Positions 28,765-41,845 of a DNA stretch of 64,000 nucleotides are shown piece after piece. Source of the DNA: the human T2T-CHM13v2.0 reference genome, Homo sapiens; NCBI RefSeq assembly GCF_009914755.1, contig NC_060926.1; one strand, given 5' to 3'. The notes under the pieces were generated by a model. That model saw only the letters and a list, made by a program, of their open reading frames with translations. It made no database searches and was not told the DNA's origin. Position 1 is the stretch's first letter; every line of letters begins with the position of its first letter. The translations under genes and the position numbers were made by a program.

Positions 28765-29550
28765 TTCTCAATAATTTTAGTTTTTCTACTGAAATTCTCT
28801 ATTTTTTTCACTTATATTTCCTTTACTTAATTGAGTATATTTATAGTAGCTGATTTTAACACTTTTCTATTAATTCCAACATCTGGGTCATCTAAAAATT
28901 AATTTCTGTTGATTGTCTTTTTTTCTTGAAACTGGGCCACATTTTCCTGGTTCTTTGAATGTTGAATAGCTTTCGGTGGTATCCTGGATGTTAAGTTGTG
29001 AAGACTCTGGATTTCATTATATCACTCCAGTGTTGAAGTTTTTGTTTTACTACTCATTTAATTTGGTTAGATTCACATTGCAACATTTGTCACTCGGGTA
29101 GCAACTCAAACCTCAGCTCAGTATTTGGTTATTGTTTTTGTTTGTTTTAATCTTTAACTGGGAAGCATTGAATCTGTTCCATATACACATGATTCAGGGA
29201 TAAAGTGGAGATTTGTGCGTAGATTATACCTAGAAATTTGGACTATTCCAGTGTCTCTTCTTTTCAGTCTTCTATTTTCACTTTCCATCTCAGGACATTG
29301 TCCCAAACTCTATACTCTATTTCAGGAAAACTGTAATTTTTCTATGACTGTTTGCCCCTGGCAATACTGTGTGCAATCTTCTCTCAAGTTAAAAGGCATT
29401 GAATGTGCCATTCCTTCTTCCAAGCGTTGATTCCCCTTTAAAATATGCCTGTTTTGTTTACATTCCAGTGCTTTCTGGTTTTGGTTGTTTCACCCCTACA
29501 GGAGATGTTATCTGGGGGATGGTAAGGTCTAGTAAAAGTCTACTCAGCAG
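28765..29550 (-). mobile_element. Antisense old L1 fragment (5'/ORF1-side)
   Basis: T-rich switch; AATTCCAACATCTGGGTCATC, CACATTTTCCTGGTTCTTTG, GACTCTGGATT. Confidence 0.5.
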
Positions 29551-29594
29551 TACTGAAAACTTATACTTCAATAGTTTCTTAAAATGTTAAGCAT

Positions 29595-29880
<286 letters not shown>

Positions 29881-30350
29881 TGTTAAGCATATATCTACCA
29901 TTCGACCCAGAAATTTCGCTCTTGGGTATATGACTAAAAGAAACAACAACATATCCACAAAAAATCTTATATAAAAGTTCATAACAACCTTATTACTAAC
30001 AAGCAGAAACTGAAAATAACCCCAAATGTCCACTAATTAGAAAATGGATATACAAAATATGGTATATCCATACAATAAAATACTACTGAACAATAAAAAG
30101 GAATAAACTGCAGATAACTTACAAAATAAAGAATACATCTCAAAAGTAATATGTGTGCAAAAGAAGCCAGATGTAGAATAATATATATTGTCTGAATCCT
30201 TTTATAGGAATTCCAAGAATATGCAAAGTGAAGCCACAGAGAAACATAATCAAAAGTGTAGTTACCTCTATGGGTTGGGGCTGAAGGTGTAGATTGAACA
30301 TTTCTGATCTGTGCTTTTAACTGAATGTAAATTATACCTCAACAAAATTT
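29881..30350 (+). mobile_element. L1ME/MD-type 3' region (host of the AluYb8)
   Basis: CCATTCGACCCAGAAATTTCGCTCTTGGGTATAT, TGGTATATCCATACAATAAAATACTACT, TGTAAATTATACCTCAA. Confidence 0.75.
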
Positions 30351-30809
30351 TTGAACAGAATGATACATTTATGGTCCAGAAGAAGTCAATGGTAATTTCA
30401 CCACCTGTTCAATGAACTAGGCATAGAATTGGAAATGGGAGACCATACTACAAAGCTCATTTTTAAATTTTAAAGCCATTGCAATGGTCAAAACTTGTGA
30501 AACATGATAGAAATTTTGATAGATGTGCCTCTAGTCATCCATAGAGAAAAGGTCAAGAAATTAAAAACAAAACACAAAAAGCCCATTTCACACATAGAAG
30601 GTAAAAGACTTATGTGTGTCTGCTCTTCAGTGTCATACCTGCATCTTGCATCCACATCTTTTCTATGATGGGCTGCACATTGTATCAGCATTGTTTGTGT
30701 ATGTATGAACCTTGCTCATTGTTTCTCTAGGGGCCACTTAATTAATGTTCATCAACTTAATAAGCAAATCCTCAGCTGAGCTATAATTTCTCATAGCTTT
30801 ATAAAACTA

Positions 30810-30975
30810 AAGTGACCTTAGGTGGCATGTGGTTGAGTCTCCTCATTTGCTAATAAAAATATTGAGGTTCAAAATGGTAGAGAGATGTACCCAAGGTCAC
30901 ACAAGCAGGGAACAGCAAATATGGGCCCTCAGATCTGACTTGAAGTCTGGTGCTCTTAACACTATGCAGTACAAC
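30810..30975 (-). mobile_element. MIR fragment
   Basis: TTGAGGTTCAAA...CCCAAGGTCACACAAG...TCTGACTTGAAGTCTGGTGCTCTTAACACTATGC. Confidence 0.65.
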
Positions 30976-31267
30976 CTCCTCAAAGGCTCACCTACTCTTT
31001 GACTCTCTGGGGAGAAGGTTTCATTACTTCCTATATACCAGTAGACCTTTCTCTAATCAGTAGAAATACATTTATTCTGATGGTTTTCTGACTGAGAAAC
31101 TATCAGAAGTCCTGTCCCTGAGAAAAGGGTATGGTTGTTTATGTACGTAATCCTCCGGGCCAAATAAATACAAATCAAGAATTTAGCCTGAAGACAAGAC
31201 AAGTAATTGTGGAAATCAATATTGGCAGGCTCTTTCTATCTGTGGTTTACTTTTTGGAGTCCAGCAC

Positions 31268-31640
31268 TGTATTAGTCAAGGCTTCTTCAGTTGAAAATGA
31301 CAGGAATCCAACTACAGCAAGCTTAGAAAAGAAACAAAAATCTATTGGCTTGAAAAATGGCATTTCTACCTTGAGACGTAGCAGGATCCATGGAGTCTTT
31401 CAAGTGTTCTTTCTCCATCTCTCAGCATTGCTTTTCTGCATGGAAGGAAATACAGTCACTGACAACTCTATACCTATACCATCCGATTCACTATTGTTCA
31501 TATGACACATCTCATGGAAAAAAGCCTGATTGGAAATATTTGGGACATATGACCACCCTGTATCAATCACTATACATTAGGAGAACAGGTTCTACTATAG
31601 AGTTAGCCAGGGTCACATGTCCACCTCTGAGAAAGAGAAG
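31268..31640 (-). mobile_element. Old MaLR LTR (MLT1J/K-like)
   Basis: TGTATTAGTCAAGGCTTCTTCAGTTGAAAATGACAGGAATCCAACT...CTGATTGG...CCAGGGTCACATGTCCACC. Confidence 0.6.
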
Positions 31641-31794
31641 AGAGGCACACATTTTACTAGCATATGGGGAATCATATGAAAAGGATCATTACTCTAAGGA
31701 AGGGATGCTTTGCTGAGGGAAAAAAAAAAGTTCACTTCAACACAAAGATCCCTCCTTAAACCAGAAGCCTAAACATATGGAGTCCCCTCCTAAA

Positions 31795-32225
31795 GTTGTT
31801 TGACATCCCAGGGCACTGACTCCTGCAAACTGTATTTCTTAGGCTGCTTTGTCAACTGACTTTCTTCTAGGTTCACCCAATGACAGGGTTTTGAAATACA
31901 GGTTAAAGGAGGGCCACAATATTTCTTTTCACTCTCAGCTTTTGGAGGACCCTCCAGCATTATCTGTCTCCCAGTAAGCATCTCCACTGTGGTCTCAGTT
32001 CCTTTAATGTAGCTTGTGCTCCTCATTCCTGGTAAAGCCTCCTCTCTAGCACTCCCCAGCCTGAGAGTGGTAGTACTTTCCTGCTAGTAACTATCATCGT
32101 GTTGCCTCATCATCCCCTAGTTGGCTTTTTAGTCATTTGAATCCTTTGTAATTTGTTCCCCATATTAAATTCTCTCTATTGAATTACAACATATAGATGC
32201 TATTTTTCTGAAAGAACTCTAAGAT
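31795..32225 (+). mobile_element. ERVL LTR (LTR33-like)
   Basis: TTCTTCTAGGTTCACCCAATG, GTGGTAGTACTTTCCTGCTAG, CCTTTGTAATTTGTTCCCCATATTAAATTCTCTC. Confidence 0.5.
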
Positions 32226-32399
32226 GTGTGTTGAGAGGAGGCAATCTCCCATATAAGGACCAGGTTCCCCAAAGAGAAAAGCCATTAGAGTTTGGCTGCC
32301 TCAGCTAATCTTAAAGTGGAGGAAAAAACAAACAAACAAACAAACAAAAACAAAAAGTGCTGAGGAACACTGTACTTTAAACTATCAGAGAAATAATGT

Positions 32400-32558
32400 C
32401 TTTTTTATTGCTGTTTTTTAGAGACAGGGTCTCACTCTGTCACCCAGGCTGGAGTGCAGTGGTGTAATCATAACTCACTGCACCCTCAAACTTCTGGCTT
32501 CAAGCGATACTCCCTCCTGAGCTGCTGGGATTACAGGTGTGAGCCACCGCTCCTGGCC
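32400..32558 (-). mobile_element. Alu monomer (FLAM-like)
   Basis: TTTTTTAGAGACAGGGTCTCACTCTGTCACCCAGGCTGG...GCTGGGATTACAGGTGTGAGCCACCGCTCCTGGCC. Confidence 0.85.
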
Positions 32559-33499
32559 CTGGAAAATTACTCTCATTGAGCACCTGCGCCTGCATGCCTG
32601 GTCATGAATGTCAGCTGCTAACACTCTGGTAGCATGCCTACTCCTTCCTCCCATCCACATACTGTCTATGATTTCCTAGTCTCCTAAGACCTCCTTCTCA
32701 GTAAGGCCATCTTCCGAGGAGGAGCATCAACTCCTCCAACCTCCCAGCTCCTGGGTGTGCCTTGATACTTCCAAACTCACTGCAAGCGTCACTGGCACAT
32801 GGTATGAAGCAGAGCGGGGGAGGCAGGACACAGAGCACTGGGTGTGACTGGGGAGGGCAGGCTTTCACAGCTTCCTCTGTGATGGTTTCTAATCCTTGCA
32901 GGCTCCCACCATTGGGTCTCTTTCCATCTGAAAATGGAGGAAATTAGACCAGCTGCCTAAAACATCAACTCTAATGTTCTAGGTTCTAAGATTCTGTGGT
33001 TAATTTAAGTGACAGAACCACATTATGGCTGCTGTTTCATCAGCACTGTGAAGACTGTACAAGCCACACCTCAGTATGTTGGCTGACCTTAAAAACACCT
33101 TGTCAGTACTTGATATAGACACTCGAAGTAATTCTAAGTTGCATCTTACTTTTCTTACTTACAATAAAATGCTGCTCTCTGATTATGAAGATTCATACTC
33201 CTTAGTACGAATGGTAAAGAATCATTTGTTTTCTCAGGTGGTCATTTCACTTTCAAAAGCATTTAAGAGGCAATTTTTTTAAGGGTGATATTTCAAGGTC
33301 AACACTTTCCGTGCTTTCTAATTCATTGTATTTGTATCATTCTTCAAAGATCCTTCATATTCATTATCTTTTTAAGCATAAGAGAATTGGGCTGTCATTT
33401 TTAGTTCTCATATGACACATGAATACACTGAGAGTTAGATTAAGTGAACTGTCTCTAGAGCATACGTCTGGCTATCTAGAATGTAATAACTATAAAGGG

Positions 33500-33620
33500 A
33501 GGGGATCTTTCTTATTAGGGTTGTGGGAAAGGTCTGTCACTGATGTTTCTAATGCTTAGAAGAGTGCCTGACACATAGTAGGTGTCAATAAACATTCGTT
33601 GACTCAATAAATGAATGAAT
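33500..33620 (+). mobile_element. MIR/L2 3'-end fragment
   Basis: AGTGCCTGACACATAGTAGGTGTCAATAAACATTCGTTGA...AATGAATGAAT. Confidence 0.6.
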
Positions 33621-34142
33621 CTAATTCGTGACAGAGCTGGGTCTAGAATTCTCTACTCCCTCAGCCATTGCTCCTTTAGTGCTGACAAGAGTTGTTCTAT
33701 GTTCTCAAGCGCCCCACATTCCTTTGTCTTTTCTGGATGCACCTGTGGTTGGGTTTGTGAGGCGAGGCCAGTGAGCTTTCCTGGTGAGGTGCCACTGGCA
33801 ACCCCGCCTCATAGCGACACAGGGGAGGGAAGCAGGGGGTCTGCGGAGGTTGCTCCCGAGAGACTAAAGCTGTTGCCCCCGATTTTCCAAGGACGCCAGT
33901 GAGGAAGGCCCGCCTGTCCCGCCGCCCGGGCACTGGCCTCACTTTGTCGCGGGAGGGGACCAGGGCTCTGGAGAAGGCCCGGGCCAGCGGCTGGGCGGGG
34001 CTCTCCGAGGCTCCCACCTCGCGGTCCCCGCCTGGCGGCCGGCGGCTGCGGCAGAAGGCGAAGCGGTCGTGCTCCCCCTCCCGGACACTGCGGCGGTGGC
34101 AGCGCCAGCCCCGCCGCGGCCGCCCACGGGCTCGCGGAGTCT

Positions 34143-34243
34143 GGCGGGACCTGCGCGGGGCGGGACCTGCGCGGGGCGGGGAGGAGGGGCCGAGGCGGAG
34201 CTGCTGCGCTGGGAGCCGGCTGGGGGCGCCGCTCTCAGTCTGG
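34143..34243 (+). promoter_or_regulatory. MAP2: TATA-less core promoter: GC boxes and initiator
   Basis: GGGGCGGGAC (34157-34166), GGGGCGGGG (34173-34181); Inr-consensus TCAGTCT at 34235-34241 places the predicted TSS at A34237. Confidence 0.7.
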
Positions 34244-34273
34244 GGCGGGCGCTCGGGCTGCGCGGGCTCTGGG

Positions 34274-34294
34274 CAGCAGCAGCAGCAGCAGCAG
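34274..34294 (+). repeat. MAP2: (CAG)7 in 5' UTR
   Basis: Seven uninterrupted CAG followed by CAT. Confidence 0.97.
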
Positions 34295-34296
34295 CA

Positions 34297-34400
34297 TCCT
34301 CTCTTCCTTTACTTCCCTTCCGCTTCTTTCTCTTCCTTCTCCTTCTTTTTCCCCCCCTCCCCTTCTTCCCCTAACCCTTCTACCCCTCTCCTTTTTCTCC
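34297..34400 (+). repeat. Polypyrimidine (CT-rich) tract in 5' UTR
   Basis: About 100 nt of C/T with very few purines. Confidence 0.95.
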
Positions 34401-37400
34401 GGAGGGCGCTAAGTCCGTGAGCGGTGGCAGTCGCGACCGCGGGTGCATCCAGTTTCTGCGCCCAGGTAAGAGACCGTCCCCACCTCTGGCTCTATGTAGG
34501 GCGCCTCTCCTTTTGCCTCGGTCTCTGAGTAGAAAGAGATAGGAATGGGGAGGGGTTGTGTCTCGTCCTCTGGGACTCGCAGCAGGCAGTCTGGTAGTTG
34601 GTCGAGTGGCCAGCCGTGCACCTGGCGGAAGATTCGGGCCTGTCCTCTCCAGGTGTCACTGCGGAGCAGGGGGCCGGACGCTACTGGTACCTGAGCCCTG
34701 GCTTCGTAGAAGAGCGAGTGAGCTTGTTAGGTACCACTTTGAAACAACTGAAAACTTACGCCAGGTTAGAATACGTGTATCGAAAGCCAGTATTACCTGC
34801 GCTGTGGAAAGAAGGGGAGTGGATTCTACAAAGATAGTGGAAAATAGGAAATCGAGGTAGGGGATTTTTTTGTTCATCCAGCTGCAGAGAACTGCACACT
34901 GGGAAGTGAGTGAGTGAGGGAAGCCTTGTCCATTTCAAATCATGTTTCTCTGTAATTCCTTCAGAAACAGCTGGGAGAGGAGGACTGATATTTATAATTG
35001 TAGGAAAATGAAAAATAAATGCCTGGTGGTGTTGGAGGGCGGGGCACGAAGAAATGAGTCTGGTTAGGCTTCCACACAGTCGTTTTTCTTTTTAAACGTT
35101 GGGGGTGGACCTCTGAATCTACAGTGCATCTATTCTTTTCTTCCTTTTCTTTTTAAAAGGCTTTTTTGGTGGGGAGAGGAGGACTGCAGTGCTGGCTGCC
35201 TGCCTTCCCCCACCTCGTCTTTTGTTTAAGGATGGAAATTTCAAGAAAGAGTGTGTGGGGGGCTAGGAGTGGGGAGCTGTATATTTGGGTGTGTATAGGG
35301 GGAGGGGTATGGATGGAGTCAGAAAAAAAATCCTTGAAAACTGGAAATTAATGTTATTCTGCCTGGCATCCGGACTTCAGGATTTTTGTCAGAAAATAAA
35401 AAGCTTTCATTAGCAACAAGCCCGTTTGTGACAATTGCTGTGTGCCATCTGTCGTAAGCTCTTAGCACAATGCTTCCAGGACATAAACGCTTTAAAATTG
35501 AGTCCGGTGTAAAGGGTTTTTGTTTAAATGCCTAAACACACAAGTATGCACACAAATGTATAATACACTATATACATGTTACAAAAGGAAATAGGTACTT
35601 AAGAGACTGATTTTTTAAAATTGTATTTGAGGGTTTGGAAATTATGTTGTGAATAAAATCTGTAGTGCAAAACAAAAAAATATTGTTGGGTGGTATATAA
35701 TTTTGGGTGTGAGGCAAAGGGATTGATGACTGTTGGTAAGGAACTAATTTAAATGTTAAAGGTATAATTTATTTTAAAATGATCAGTCTAGAAAAGGAAA
35801 TGATTGCAAACTGAAATTGAGGTTTGCAGCCACAGTGAGGCGATGGAGAACAAAGCCTTCTATGTGAGCCACATTATGCAAAATGTCCCAAGCATGAGCT
35901 GCAGGTACCAGCCCAGTTCAAAAGCATAGTTCTTTCACTATGTCATTTCACTGTGGACAATTATGATTTTTTTTGGCAGTCAAATAGATTGAATAAATAG
36001 AAGCCCTTTAGAATGCTTTTAATTTTATGCCCAGGGAAAAGATTACAGCCTTCCATCAGAATATAACACAAAGCAGCCCTTTAACCGGGCAATAGGTGTA
36101 TTTTGGTAGAAATCCTTGTGAATTTGCAAATCATGGATGTTCCAAAAGCCCCAGCCCCATGCACACAAAGAACCCTTCCTTCAAGAAAAAAAGCATTTTT
36201 TTCATTCAGTAAGGATTATTATATTTGTGTGTGTATGTTTATGTTGATTTCCTGGTAATTTCATCTGATTATCATAGGTGTACATCTGCATTCATGATTT
36301 GTATATTATCAGAGCCATTGTGGCTTTAGGATCAGTGGTACATGCTGTTTATCTGTGGTTTATTTAATTTTAATTTTTCATATTTTACAGTTTGCTACAA
36401 TATTATTTAATGTCCAAAGTTTTCTTTTTTAAAACCATAAGTAGAAAATTGCTTAACACACATCTGAAGATCGAAGTAATTTAAAAATAGAGCTACCTTT
36501 TATAAAATAATATTTTAGTTATATTAATTTTTATTTTATTTATCTCCTCTCTTATTTTTTTCCCTTTTCTTATCAAATAACCTGTTTCTTTATGGCTGCT
36601 TTAGTCTTCTATACTGCCATAGCAGGGCCAGTGTTTTCAAGAATTTTGAATTTAGGATTGTTCATTCTCTGCAGCACCTCTCAGGATGACTTGTTTACAG
36701 CACCTTCTCAGGGAGGAGACAGGGAAAGAATGTGCTGAAAGAGCATGACCCAGTGAAACTGGCACAGCCATTACCTCATCCTAGTAGGTACTTCAGATTC
36801 ATTGAGAGAGCAGGCATCCTCTCAGTGGAAACCAAACGCCAGGAGCACACCCATCTCAGGGCAAAAGCCTTTCTCTTCCCATAGCAGCCTTTACTAATGT
36901 CATTCCACTGAGGTTAAAGGGATATTTTCTCTTTTATGTATTCCTTTTCAGGGATCTTGAACTTGGTTAGAAATATGTAGCCAGAAATGAAACTTGGCAC
37001 AGAATCCTCTAAGCCTGAAGGAATAATTTCATTCCTTTACCCCTTTTGGTTTAAACCAGTTCGCAAATTTTCTAAACATCAGAAGGGAAAAGGAAGAAAA
37101 ATGTTGGTGTATTTTTGTGTATTTTCTTATCACACACACATATTTTGTATTGAATTTTACTAGCAGTTAGACAACAGACTGGACATGCTATTAACAAATG
37201 TAGTTGCACTGTTGGCATTTTAAAAAATCATTATTACATTTGCTTATAGGACAATAGGTGCATCCTTCAGTGATTCATTCATGTCCTTTTGAGACTGACC
37301 ATATGAAACTGACATGGGGATTTTAGTATTCAAGTTGGTAACTCTGATTATTGAATCCTTTCAATACTTAATTTCCTCTTAACAGATTAAGATAAAGAAT

Positions 37401-38020
37401 CTGAAATAATAGTTACAGTAGAAGATAGCACCACCCCCAGATCAATACCATCCTCCTTAATGCTAAAAGTAGTCACTTTAGGTAAGTCATTAGTAAATGC
37501 ATGAACCTGAAGATAACAGTTTTGAAACAATCTCAAATTTTTTTGTCTCTGTTATAGATTAGTTAAAGATGCTAATAAACTCTTTGAGTCATATCTGATT
37601 CTCTCAGATATATCAAGTGTTTTTGCTACTTTAATTATCTCTTTATTATTGCCATTACCTTTATCTACTCAATCTAGACCTTTTCATGTAAGGACTGTAT
37701 TTTGATCATTTCACCATATTTTCCCTCCCTTCACATCATTCTTTTTAATTCGACATTTGGATGTTAGACTTACTGTTCTCTAGCTATTTTGGTTTCAGTA
37801 ATGTTACTCTCTTGATACAAATTTGGCCTTTATTTTTCATTAAGGAGAGCACTTATTACCATTTATGTATTTATTTATTCATTATGAGAAACAACTTTTG
37901 ATATTCTCAGTTTTCAATTGCAGAAAATGATTCTAGGCACCAAAAGCAGTTAAAAGTCTGCAAATTAATATGTAGTACACAAAAGGCCAAAGTCAAGGGA
38001 GACAGTCTGTATGAAGGTTT

Positions 38021-38043
38021 GGGTGGGTGGGTAGGTGGGTGGG
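38021..38043 (+). repeat. (GGGT)n tract, G-quadruplex-capable
   Basis: GGGTGGGTGGGTAGGTGGGTGGG. Confidence 0.8.
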
Positions 38044-39056
38044 CGTAGAGGAAGATGTGGAATGAAAGCAAATTCTCAGCTATTAAAAGCTGTCCATGTA
38101 GGGTAGAGATGAGCCTTTTTGTCTAAGAGGGTGAAGAAGGAATAAATGTTTTGTTTTTCTGTTTCAACATATTTTGTCCCCATCCCTCCCCTGTCATGTC
38201 TTTGAACTAAGGCCATGGTGCTTCCTTATAAAAATTATACAGTATGTTTATTGGAAGGAGTTTTACAGTGAATTAGGTGAATTCAGAATTTTAAAATGAT
38301 GTGAACACAATTAGATGAATTTTTATGAAAAACACTTTGAATCTAATCTTTGATCTTTCCTGTTCAAGACATAAGCTTTCCTTTGAATGGTAGTACTTTA
38401 ACTGTAATACATTTTACTTAAACATTTCAGTAAAATTCTATGGAAAGTTAGACAAAATAAAGAGCTCAGGATCCTCTTTCAGTCTACTGTTAAGTTTATA
38501 TTGTGGAAGTTGGGGAAAGTTTTAGACAGTTTGTTTTCCGTTAAAACACACACTAGAGGGGGCAAATTTCTTTTTTTTTTTTTTTGCTTTTTGTTATGTT
38601 AATGAGCAAATAATTTACTTTTAAGATCACATACCTTGACTTTTTTCTTTCCTTTTTTGTCTTCTTTCCATTCTCCTCTTTCCCTTTTCTTTTCTTCTTT
38701 ACTTAGATTGCTCCTTTCTTTCAGTTTGTATTGGCAAAATAAACATTGGTCTTTAGAAAATGAAATTATAGCCTGATATTCTTATTGAAATTTATTTTTC
38801 ATTATATTTATATTGCTCATTTAACATGAAGTTTTATGCTAACCTCTCCTCCTTCTCAAGGCTCCATCCCTATCTTGGTCCTTTCTTTGAACTTGGCTTT
38901 TATATCCCCTAGGCTTCAACAGTTTTTTCCTTGTATACCAATCTTTCATAACGCTTTGTACCTCAAAAAGGCCTTTAAAAACCAGAAGAAAAGTTACTAC
39001 CCTATTTCTCCCGATTAGTTTGTATCCAAGTTTATTCAGGTTCCCTTAGGTTATAG

Positions 39057-39416
<360 letters not shown>

Positions 39417-41747
39417 AATTACTTTAAAGACATTTTCAGACAAAAGTAATACATGTATACAACGAATTTTTTTAAATAAAAAATTTGGCTAGCCAACTGA
39501 CTTTTTATTATTTTGTTCATCAGACACTATAAAACATGGTTCAACTAGTTTTTTTTTTTAACAACTAGTAAAGTTACTATCTGTCAGGCAGTCCATTGTC
39601 TTTATGTTAGTTAACTAGTTCCACTAATGTGTACCTATTAAGTGAAGTATGAACTACTCTATGAGCAATCAGTAAATGTTGAACTAAATTAATTTAATTT
39701 TAAGTAAAATATTCCTAATTACATTTCTCTGTATAGCATCATCATTAGCCATCTTAATCTACCTCAAAAATGACCATAAAATACAGTGCTTGAATATCAT
39801 GAGATATTTCATCGCTTAACTGTCTAGGTCCTTTACAGTTAGAGCAAACTCACAAGTAAATATACAAACTGACTCTATTTGAGACAAAACCATCATTTCA
39901 ATATGAACCCTTTACATTTATTTAAGTAGTAATGGATTTTAGGTGGCTACTACCTTTGCATTATAACAATTTAAAAGTACAACATTGTGTTGTTAATGCA
40001 TGGTGCTGAAATTACATAATGAATTGGCATGAGAAAGTGTTCATCAATTTTAAAATGAATAATATGGTATCATTTTGATTGGTATTAAGGCAATTAAATA
40101 ATGCTCGGCTTTGACATTTTACTATTTTATTTGGGTATTGTACCTCTCAAATTGGTAATTTTCTCTTCCCTTAAGAGTCTACCTTTTTGAGCAAAATAAT
40201 GTATTAAGTAATAGGCTGCCTATTTTTTATTGTTGTTTATATGATTCACTACGTCCTTTTGGCCCACTTTGAAAAACAAGCAAAAAAGTTTTTAGGATTC
40301 AGTTATTCATTCTTTTTATCTTAATAGGTCATCTAGTATAGCCAGGAAAATATTTGATTCTTTAATTTGCTACAAAACTTATTTATTGTTTGAACAAAAT
40401 TTTCAATCTGTAGCATACAATTTCTTTACTTAGTGGATGAGAACATGGAATTATAATACTTGTAACAACTTCTCAGCCTGCTAATTTTGTCTACCTGGTG
40501 TTTCACAAGGGCTAACATGATGGTGGCAGTGGTGGTATTTGTGTGTTTGTGTATAATTACTTTCTAAGATAGAGTTAGACTTTTATATATTTGCTTTTTT
40601 CATAGGTGAAATCAATTATTATGCAATCAGTTGATTCCACATGAGAACAGTTGGTATTAAATACAATTTAATAGGGAAAACAATGACCAAGTATTTATTA
40701 ATGAAATCAAATTAGATTAATATTAAAGTATTGCTGTATTTTTCTGTTTGGATTAAGATAGTCCAGATTCCATTGTTCATTATTGAAATCAAATGGTAAA
40801 GCTAAATCTTGTGCTCAAAATTAAAACATCTCCATGTTGATCAAAATGTCCTAAGTTGGAATACTGGCTACTTAAATGTATCTTTTAAGAAGTTCAGGTG
40901 ACACTGCTTTTACATGGAAAATGCCCTTTATCTTCACTTAAACATCAGAAACCAGGACTGATGGAACTTTTAAGAATTTTGCTGCTAGGAGAACATAAAA
41001 TACTAAGCATCTACTGAAACCTGAATCTCTTATAAAACAACCAAGTGACTATGATCTAGGACTTATTTAAAAGATCTTTGGCCACTGTATCTCAGACTAA
41101 AGTTTTGCCTTATTCGGGATGAAGATTATTTCAGAGCACTGAGTGGCCTTTGGTGAAACTTAACAGTTTTTTTCATTTGTTTAAGTTCTTATAGCTTTAA
41201 AACTCAGTCACGAATTTCATGCTTTTTCTTCTTTTGTCTTCAGTAGCACCATATTGAGAGTGGTCAATATCAAAACTGGCAGTATGAAGCTTTGTACAAT
41301 CCTGGACATTCTTACTGCCTTATTTAGTCGCTTCCCAAATGGTATCATGAGGGTATTAATAGGAATGCAAAGTTCTCCATTAAAAAAATGGCATTTAAAA
41401 TGGATAAACTGATTTTTAATAAAATCTTTTTATTCCTAACATATTTATGATTTATGTAATGGAATAGCTTTTTGTAGCCCTGTTAATTACTGGATTAGAA
41501 GGACTGTGTGTTTACATATCTGGAAATATTTAAAATGCTATTAAATGCATTCTTTTTGTAATTAGTTAATTATTTTTTACATTTACAAATGAGAGTTACA
41601 AATACATTCTTTATTTCTGTGCCTCTGCCCCATCACTGAAAAGGCATCAATTCTCAAGACTTGCTATTTATATATGAATTAGAGGATGTTTGATGGGGAA
41701 AAGAGACTATCAAGGGCAAATGTTGTGAACCTGTGGAGTACATATAA

Positions 41748-41845
41748 GTAAACTGGGACAGTGACCATTTAAGTGACTTTCCTTATCTAGTTAGTAGGGG
41801 AAGCAGGCCTGAGACTCAATAATTCAGGCTCAAACTCAGTGCTTG
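41748..41845 (-). mobile_element. MIR fragment
   Basis: AAACTGGGAC...TTAAGTGACTTTCC...TAGTTAGTAGGGGAAGCAGG...GCTCAAACTCAGTGCT. Confidence 0.45.

Larger units (their letters stand above)
34237..34465 (+). other. MAP2: Non-coding first exon (5' UTR) of microtubule-associated protein 2
   Basis: No ATG; ends in CCCAG|GTAAGA donor; sequence GGGCTCTGGG(CAG)7CATCCTCTCTTCC...GGGTGCATCCAGTTTCTGCGCCCAG recognised from memory as the MAP2 mRNA 5' end; start approximate. Confidence 0.88.
33750..34720. promoter_or_regulatory. MAP2: CpG island over the MAP2 promoter and first exon
   Basis: Abrupt GC- and CpG-dense stretch in AT-rich, CpG-depleted flanks. Confidence 0.92.

Noticed and set aside
33899-34420. 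173-aa ORF with polyQ, and overlapping GC-rich ORFs
   Set aside because: Non-ATG start upstream of the predicted TSS; stop-poor CpG-island sequence; polyQ/polyA merely translate the UTR CAG repeat.
34558-34860. 79-aa and 100-aa ORFs after the exon-1 donor
   Set aside because: Non-ATG starts, intronic, no recognisable protein features.
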